Assembly (NCBI GenBank): GCA_002269645.1
Contig: NIVC01000087.1
Coordinates: 434,001 to 498,000 of the forward strand
DNA: 64,000 bases
DNA from: Macrostomum lignano
Lineage: Eukaryota
Direction: 5' to 3'
The notes under the pieces were generated by a model, which was not told where the DNA came from, searched no databases, and saw only the letters and a program-made list of their open reading frames with translations. A program made the position numbers and the translations under genes. Positions 55,697-64,000 of the stretch are shown piece by piece. Each line of letters begins with the position of its first letter. The stretch's first letter is position 1.

Positions 55697-58600
55697 TTAG
55701 GACTGCACTTTAGCGGCAGAAGCAGCCGAGTGGTGGTGCTGCTGCTGAAACGGACTCGGCTTCTTGCCATTCCTTTGTCGAGGATTCTGGGCAACGCAGC
55801 TCGAATGCGGATGGGCAACTGTCACTGTGCCTGCGGGATTGCAGAGAGAATGCTGGAATAAGCTCTGCATCTGCAGTATGGGGCTGCCCAACTATTGCAG
55901 AACCTGAACCCCAAGCTACCTGAACCCCAAACAATGTGAGTTCCAAGCTACCTGAACCCCAAACTACGTGAACCCCAAACTACGTGAGTTCCAAGCTACC
56001 TGAACCCCAAACTACGTGAACCCCAAACTACGTGAGTTCCAAGCTACCTGAACCCCAAACTACGTGAACCCCAAACTACGTGAGTTCCAAGCTACCTGAA
56101 CCCCAAACTACGTGAGTTCCAAGCTACCTGAACCCCAAACTACGTGATTTCCAAGCTACCTGAACCCCAAACTACGTGAGCCCCAAGCTACGTGAAACCC
56201 AAACTACGTGAACCCCGAGCTACGTGAACCCCAAGCTACGTGAGCCCAAAGCTACGTGAACCCCAAGCTACGTGAACCCCAAGCTACGTGAACCCCAAAC
56301 TACGTGAACCCCGAGCTACGTGAACCCCAAGCTACGTGAACCCCAAGCTACGTGAAACCCAAACTACGTGAACTTCAAACTACGTGAACCCCGAGCTACG
56401 TGAACCCCAAGCTACGTGAAACCCAAACTACGTGAACCCCAAACTACGTGAACCCCGAGCTACGTGAACCCCAAGCTACGTGAAACCCAAACTACGTGAA
56501 CCCCAAACTACGTGAACCCCGAGCTACGTGAACCCCAAGCTACGTGAAACCCAAACTACGTGAACCCCAAACTACGTGAACCCCGAGCTACGTGAACCCC
56601 AAGCTACGTGAAACCCAAACTACGTGAACCCCAAACTACGTGAACCCCGAGCTACGTGAACCCCAAGCTACGTGAAACCCAAACTAAGTGAACCCCAAAC
56701 TACGTGAACCCCGAGCTACGTGAACCCCAAGCTACGTAAACCCCAAGCAGAGGAGATACAATTTTTACACTTTGGAGTCTTAGTCAGAAATGCCCTGAAA
56801 TTCACGAAAACCTGACCCGCATCCACGGTCCCGATGCCATCAGTCGACGAACAGTTTACAGGTGGATCCAACAGTTCGAGGCTGGTAGAGCTAATCAGAG
56901 CTCTGCCAGCTCTACCAGTTCTACCAGCTCTACCAGTAGAGCTAATCAGCCACTTGATCAGCTGTACTTGTGGCTTTCTTCTGAGTGAGCATAGAAGCAC
57001 TATGCGGTGTGTATTTCTATGGCCAAGGGTATGCGAACAAATGCATGCTGCTTACAGCAGGAAGCACTTATAAAAATCGGACTTTCGTGGCATGAAAGCT
57101 AAAATAAGCCACTAACTTTTAAGGCATACGATTTTTTAAACACACATCTTCTGGGACACCCTTCGTACATGAACACCAATCTACCCTAAACTACCTAAAC
57201 CCAATCTACCAGAATACCAAACTACCTGAACTGCAAGCTACTTTAACCCGGAACGAAAGCGACCAGGCATTATACAGTTAGTACTCATGTTAAAAAAATA
57301 AGATGAAGACGCAGTCTCCGCTCACCAACAGCCTTAGTTTTGCCCTCGCGAAACACCAGCCTGGTGCCAATTTTAATATACTCCGGATTCTTAATAAAAC
57401 GAAACCTAACGCTGGCCTTATCGCCTGTGCGCAGGTGCTCCTTGCTCATCTGCACTATGGTGGCAGTCTGGCGAATCGGGCCAACGTGCACCATGGCCTG
57501 GTAGCGCACACTGATAGTAGTGGGATGATGCAGGATTAATACGTCGGCCTCGAATTCCCAGCAGGCGGTCGGCTCGAGCAAGGGACTAACTAGCACCATA
57601 CCCTTGCGTATCTGGCTGCGTTTGATCTTTTTTAATGAAAACGAAGCAGTCTGAGAGCCGACCACTTCCATTACGGGCAGTCGTTTCCGGTGTATAGATT
57701 TAATTGGTATACTCTGGAATTTGCCGAGCGGATCCGGTCCTAGCAGCAGCACATCGTTAACGCGGATGATGCCTTTGTTGCAGGTGCCCGACACCACCGT
57801 GCCCACGCCCTGTAGGAGAAATGAAAAAATTCTAACTTAAAAAAATTCTTACACTACGCACGTCGTCTACTCATAGCGGCAGTGCAAGTAAATTGTTAGA
57901 TAAATTTGCAATTTGGCGAGAAAGTTGCAGTAGCTCTAATTTACACTGTACACTGTAGAAAAATGTACACTGATTCGATGTACTTTACAATCCGCTAGCT
58001 CTCTTCCCCCAGTTTCCATAGAGCTCAATACAATTGCACAATACTTCACAATAAGACATGTCTTTTGCTGATGAAATATTAGGCAATTTCATCTGCCAAT
58101 GTTTCGATTGCTTCAGTTGCACGAGTTCTTTGGCAACAAAAATTCACCTGCTATTAGAATTTTAAAACGAAAAATGAATAAGATTTTGTACATTTTAGAT
58201 TCATATACAATATAGCAGAGTGTATAAGATTACTAAAGTGTACAGAAACATGGAAATTTAAACTACAATTAAAAAACAGATTTCTAATTAGTTTTCCAAA
58301 TTTTCGACACTATCTTGTATTAGCGTACAATCTATTATAAGATTATAATAGATTTATAGACTTACTACTGAAAATATCTTGACAACGATTTAGTAAAAAC
58401 TGCAGACGGTGCGCAATCTATAGACCGTATAAACTCTATAGACTAGAATCTAAAGACAGTATAAAATCTATAGGCTAAAACTAAAAAACAGCAATCTATA
58501 GACTACAATCTATAGCCTACAATCTATAGCCTACAATCTATAGCCTACAATCTATAGACTACTATCTATAGCCTACAATCTATAGCCTACAATCTATAGC

Positions 58601-61329
58601 CTACAATCTATAGCCTACAATCTATAGCCTACAATCTATAGCCTACAATCTATAGACTACAATCTAAAGACAGCATAAAATCTATAGACTATAATATATA
58701 GCCTGCAATCTACAGACAGAATAGAACCTACAGACTACAATCTACAGACAGCATAAAACCTACAGACTACAATCTACAGACAGAATAGAACCTACAGCCT
58801 ACAATCTACAGACAGAATAGAACCTACAGACTACAATCTACAGACAGAATAGAACCTACAGACTACAATCTACAGACAGAATAGAACCTACAGCCTACAA
58901 TCTACAGACAGCATAAAACCTACAGACTACAATCTACAGACAGCATAGAACCTACAGACTACAATCTACAGACAGCATAAAACCTACAGACTACAATCTA
59001 CAGACAGCATAGAACCTACAGACTACAATCTACAGACAGCATAGAACCTACAGACTACAATCTACAGACAGAATAGAACCTACAGCCTACAATCTACAGA
59101 CAGAATAGAACCTACAGACTACAATCTACAGACAGAATAGAACCTACAGACTACAATCTACAGACAGAATAGAACCTACAGCCTACAATCTACAGACAGC
59201 ATAAAACCTACAGACTACAATCTACAGACAGCATAGAACCTACAGACTACAATCTACAGACAGCATAGAACCTACAGACTACAATCTACAAACAGCATAG
59301 AACCTACAGACTACAATCTACAGACAGCATAGAACCTACAGACTACACCTCGAACTCACCGGCACAGAGAAGGTATCGTCTATTTGAAACTCGGCAGGCT
59401 GTGTCAGACACGGGTCTGTCCGGCTAGTCAGCAAGTTCAGAAACTGTGTCAGCAAGCTCAAATTCTCTCCAGTCACATTGCTGACACGAAAAATCGGACA
59501 CAGCCGCTCGGACGTGAAGTTGGTGGCCGAACAGACAACATCGTCTGGGGTATTAACCATAACTGGGATTTTTCTACAGCCGGAGCTGCGCAGGATTTTC
59601 TGCAACAATCGCAGCGTCTCGTCCAAGACGTTAGGCGGGCACATGTCGATCTTGGTGACAACAACAAAGACTGGCACGTTGAGCGCCAGAGCCAAGCCGA
59701 GGTGCTCCTTGGTCATGCCAATCACGCCGGCATTTGAGCCGATCATGAGCATAGCGAAATCCGGACTGTGGCCGGTCATGCCGAATACGGTGGTCTTCAA
59801 GTATCTCTCGTGGCCAGCCAGGTCAATAAAGGTCACCACCTTGGCCGACCGTTCGCAAACCCGCTGCCAATCCAGCTGGCCGTGAGTTGGCGCGTTCACC
59901 ACCTCGCCTTTGGAGTTGAAGCCGAGAATGTCGTTGCCAACCGAGGAGGTTCTGCCCGACTCGGCCTCGTGCTTGTGCCTGAACAGCTTCTGGCGAGCGA
60001 ACCCCCGACCATTGTCTAGCTCGCCGTGAGTCAGTACGCCGAGTAGAGTGCTCTTGCCTAAATTAATAATGTATTGGACCTGGTAACAATATGCCAAGAA
60101 ATAAATGATGAAGATTTATTTTGATCGAATTCATTTCAAGGTCAACAAAGGTCGCTCAATATTAAAGTTTCGGTTCAGGGGTTCAGTGTTGATTGGGTTC
60201 AGTGTTCAGTCGGGTTCAGTGTCGGGTTCGTGTTGTGGGGGTCAGGGTTCAGCGTCGGGTTCGTGTTGGGGGGGGTCAGGGCTCAGTGTCGGGTTTGTGT
60301 TGGGGGGTCAGGGTTCAGTGTCGGGTTGGTGTTGGAGGGTTAGGGTTCAGTGTCGGGTTGGTGTTGAAGGGTTAGGGTTCAGTGTCGGGTTGGTGTTGGG
60401 GGGGGGTCAGGGTTCAGTGTCGGGTTTGTGTTGAGGGGGGGGTCAGGGTTCAGTGTCGGGTTGGTGTTGGGGGGGGGTCAGGGTTCAGTGTCGGGTTTGT
60501 GTTGGGAGGGGGGGTAAGGGTTCAGTATCGGCATGCTTGGGCGCAACCTTCATCCGGATTCATCCGGCCGTTTCTATTGGCAAAACACACATGTAAGTCG
60601 CTATTGGACGGAATAGTAGTCACGTGACTGCTCTCAGCCAATAGCGACTTACATGTGTGTGTTGCCAATAGAAACGGCCGGGTGATTCCCAAGGTTGCGC
60701 ATGTATGAGTGTCGGGTTTGTGTTGGGGGGGGGGGTCAGGGTTCAGTGTCGGGTTGGTGTTGGGGGGGTCAGGGTTCAGTGTCGGGTTTGTGTTGGGGGG
60801 GGGGTCAGGGTTCAGTGTCGGGTTTGTGTTGGGGGGGGGGTCAGGGTTCAGTGTCGGGTTGGAACTTAAAGAATTCAACAACTTCAGCAGTCATGCCTAC
60901 TGCAACCTTACCAGCATCAACATTTCCAACTACGGCCACCCGAACCTCCATGAAGTCGCCATTGGCTGGTTTTCGTCGAATGAGCAGCTTGGCGGTGTGC
61001 AGGCCGCTGGCGGGCAGCTGCTGCCGCTGCAACACGCTGCAGTCGGCGCCGAGCTGAACAGCCATGCTCTGCACAGTGGCCACGCTGGCGGACATTTCGT
61101 CGGCTGTGAGGCCGGGCTCTTCGGCCTCGCCAGAGCCGAGCTCAACGATGGCCTCTTGAACGCCTTGGCCCATCCGCTTAGACAGGTTGACGCAGAGCTG
61201 CTCGAATTCGGTATGCGACGGGCTGACGTAGGCGAGTTTTCTGGATAAACTGACGCCATCAAACTGGCCAGACGATGCTGCAGATTGCGCATCGTTGGCT
61301 ATCATTGGCTCGTCCACTAAGTGCGCCAT
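55697..61329 (-). CDS. GTPBP1: GTP-binding protein 1 (translational GTPase, EF-Tu/eEF1A-like), ~577 aa. Exons 61329..60912, 60057..59360, 57809..57326, 55830..55697.
   Basis: [13 protein letters not shown]|[68 protein letters not shown]|[19 protein letters not shown] and [10 protein letters not shown]|TVT. The introns are GT..AG in phases 1, 0, 1 and the total is 1734 nt. Confidence 0.97.
55905..56745. repeat. 16-bp array (CTACGTGAACCCCAAR), GTPBP1 intron 3
   Basis: Period 16 at 56221/56237. Confidence 0.93.
56740..57167 (+). mobile_element. Second mariner remnant, in intron 3 of GTPBP1 (antisense to the host)
   Basis: Translates [43 protein letters not shown] (mariner HTH). Right end TTCTGGGACACCCTTCG-TA. 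No left TIR found. Confidence 0.75.
58490..59345. repeat. 14-bp (CTACAATCTATAGC) array grading into a 32-bp (AGACTACAATCTACAGACAGMATAGAACCTAC) array, GTPBP1 intron 2
   Basis: Direct inspection. Confidence 0.93.
60175..60860. repeat. G-rich ~33-35-bp array (GGGTTCAGTGTCGGGTTTGTGTTGGGGGGGGTCA), GTPBP1 intron 1, interrupted by a palindromic insert
   Basis: Direct inspection. Confidence 0.9.
60541..60700. mobile_element. ~160-bp near-perfect palindromic (fold-back/MITE-like) insert inside the G-rich array of GTPBP1 intron 1
   Basis: Nested inverted arms GCGCAACCTT/AAGGTTGCGC, CCGGCCGTTTCTATTGGCAA/TTGCCAATAGAAACGGCCGG and ACACACATGTAAGTCGCTATTGG/CCAATAGCGACTTACATGTGTGT around a central AGTCACGTGACT. 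No clear TSD. Confidence 0.65.
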
Positions 61330-62112
61330 GCTCGCAGTGGTTGCGCTAAGCTATATAGTAGTAGTAGTAGTAAGCTCAGTAGTTATTATTGCTGTTCGCA
61401 ATAGATCATTGCCAGCGTTTGCTGGCCAAGCTGAAGTTGATATTAAAAATATTCGCTGCTGATTTGGTTGCATAATTTTGCTGATGCTTTGTGTAAAGCA
61501 CTGCTTGTATATATATACACACTGCAGCTATGCATTGTATATCCATGTGGCCAGAAAATGACACGAATTGCAACTTTTAAACTGAACAAAACAAAAATGA
61601 CTAGATATGCACGCTGACTACTTAAAAAAGTAGCAAGTAGCGAAACAGAAGTGCATTAATGCATTATTCTAATAAACAGAGCTTTACTACTAATAGTAAC
61701 AAAATTGTACTTTTATGTTCTATTAGAAAGCCTTCATAGGTCTTGAGCAGGCGAATAAGCCTATAAATATATAATTATACATATAAGCATACAATTATAT
61801 AAGACTATAAAATAGCACTAACTCTATATTAATTGTTAGGCACTTAACACATCATTGTGCCTTGGGAGGGTTGGCCCTCAAGGGTGATAAATGCATGAAT
61901 AGACCCAAGCTAAAATTCTAATTTAGCCCTAAATTAATGACTATATTTGAACCTAGGTTGCTAGTATAAATATATTATACAAAACTATGCTAGATTACAA
62001 GAAGGCTATGCCCCTCTTATAAAATTGCCAACCTGGTTAATCTAATATTTAGCTAGTATAAATAAAAGCAAACTAAAGGTAAATAGCTAAATTGATAAAG
62101 TTTGGTATTAAA

Positions 62113-62897
62113 TAGTGTTGCCACCATGGTATTGGAAAAAAATTGCAGCTTTTAGAAAAAATTTGCTAGCACATTTATTGTCATTTATAGTCCAGTCATT
62201 GTTTGCTAAGCAATAGAAATAGGCAATTTTTGTTTAATTCTATGACAAATAGCTGCACAGTTTGAAATTCGCTTACTACTTCTTTTTTTGACTTAAAATC
62301 TGCACTTTCTAGTCTTTATAAAATAAGCATAGCATACTATATTGCATAGGCATATGCCTGGACCAATAAAAACAGTGGTATACTATAATAATAAAATTGT
62401 CTTTATAATATTTGGCTTCATAAAAACTTAGCAGCACTTACTTTGCTTCTTTCTTGGCACCTTGGGTAGGGCAGCTCAAGTAGCTAATTATGTTTCTCTT
62501 TTGCCAAACTGCATCTTCAGCAGTCTATTTTACTTCTCACTCAATAGCAGTGTGCTCAATCTCCATTCATCTTACTTCAAATCCAAAGGCTTGGACAGCA
62601 ACATCTCTCTTTTTGTTGAGCTTGTTGCAGCTTGTCTAGGTCTCTTTGAACTTTTCACTCAGCTTGGATGCAACAAGCTTGAGCTTCCTTCTTCTTCTAT
62701 TAATCTTGCTTGCTAATCAACTCAAACTGTTATAGTTTAGAACCTTGAGTAGCATCCAAATCTTATGCAAAGTCATAAATTTGAGTGATAGCATAGGCTT
62801 TTTAAAAAAATTACAGCTAATAGGCTAATTCAACAAAAATTTTATTTAGCAAAGAAAATTTGCTCAGTGAAGAAAATTCACAGGGGTGGCAACACTG
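62113..62897. mobile_element. Non-autonomous hAT-type element, 785 bp, nearly CpG-free, with a coding-like internal segment
   Basis: TIRs TAGTGTTGCCACC / GGTGGCAACACTG (12/13) and an exact 8-bp TSD GTATTAAA at 62105-62112 and 62898-62905. Confidence 0.88.
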
Positions 62898-64000
62898 GTA
62901 TTAAACAGTATTTATAAATATATATTGTCAATTATCAATAGTATTAAAGTCAGTGCAAAAGATAAAGCTGCTAATATTATAAGCATCCTGAGATAAACAT
63001 ATGGCGAAATCCAAAAACATGGGATAAAACGGTAAAACAAATCTGCGGACATTCGATGGAAAGTAATGTATCTAAAAAAGGTTTTTGAAAGATAGATAGG
63101 TCTTTAGAAAATAGTTCTGGATAAAAACTATTGTTTTCATGCTTTATATTGTTGAATAAATAAGAAAAAACCACAAAAAACATTTTGAAAATCCAAGTTG
63201 ACCGATTTGCAATTTTTTGTTTCACTTTTTTCATTATTAAACAATTAATTTTAAGACTTGTAGGCCTTAGAGAAGGCTAATTTTTTACTACTTACAAAAC
63301 AGAAAGTAATCTGTGTTTTACTTTTTATTCAATTCAAAAAGATAAAGTATTTCTAAGGATTTCAAAGTTTTTCTAAAACCATATAAACTTGCAAAAATTC
63401 ATACTAATATAAAGTGCAAAGTTTGCCAGCAAACATCTTTCTCTAAAAGTAAATATATTGCTAATTCCTTGTTGCAAAATAATCTTTAAGTTGTTTTCTT
63501 TCATTTAAATATCAACTTGCATAGTATTAGTATTTGTAATATGCCTATATTTAGACTTCAAAATTTTGGGCAAAAAATGGTACCACAAAATGTGAACCTG
63601 GCATCCAAATCAGATGCTTACTGTATGCTCATTAAGCAACGAAGAACAATGAAATTACACTAAAACATGTATCATCGCGGCGTGTATGCAGGAAAAAAAG
63701 AATTTTCCAAATCGCTTTAGTAGAAGCTGAGTAAAATGCAATTTTCCAATCCTTATGGGAATTTGTATGTTTAAATAATAAACTTACGTTGAATACAATT
63801 TATTGCAAATGAACTCTACAAAATACACGTTGTCAAGAGTAACAAAAGTGATAAACAAATAAACCCTTGAAAATAATGTTAAATATGTTGTAGAATTATA
63901 GAGTATAACATTATAAGATAGTTAAAGTTAATAAAATACATTATTATAGCTTTTCTATCATTTTCATTAGACTCATTTTAGGTCGTAATTAAACTTACTA

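Noticed and set aside
58700-59345. Repeated YAG|GT motifs on the GTPBP1 sense strand as recursive splice sites
   Set aside because: The would-be donor (GTTCTA) is non-consensus and the intron is short; unsupported without junction reads.
62462-62716. 84-aa plus-strand ORF inside the hAT element
   Set aside because: Non-ATG start, and it is the antisense of a purine-rich decayed segment; no recognisable family.

Overview
Eukaryotic (metazoan) genomic DNA with GC-rich exons and GT-AG introns. About half of the window (~31 kb by manual estimate) is made up of ~35 unrelated micro/minisatellite arrays. This style resembles the flatworm Macrostomum, but that is an inference only. Six protein-coding genes were reconstructed by hand with splice-phase checks: (1) the 3' part of a heparan sulfate N-deacetylase/N-sulfotransferase (NDST, +); (2) a GPI-anchored folate-receptor-family gene (+); (3) an 8-exon Ca2+-independent synaptotagmin-15-like gene (-); (4) a TMEM55/PIP4P-like gene (-); (5) an intronless divergent rhodopsin-class GPCR (+); (6) GTPBP1 (-). 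Mobile elements: three hAT-type non-autonomous elements with exact 8-bp TSDs, a fourth probable one, two mariner transposase remnants, a CORE-type tRNA-SINE and a ~160-bp palindromic insert. Most notable observations: 15 of 16 reconstructed introns carry their own tandem array; several arrays sit in or derive from transposon sequence, one being an amplified piece of mariner transposase coding DNA; a 33-bp array forms ~17 in-frame tandem splice acceptors in front of a TMEM55 exon; the FOLR, TMEM55 and GPCR proteins have lost canonical functional residues; and one hAT element is nearly CpG-free and carries a decayed coding-like insert. The long low-complexity ORFs in the supplied track are repeat artefacts. 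There is no CRISPR array or rRNA, and no bona fide tRNA was seen.
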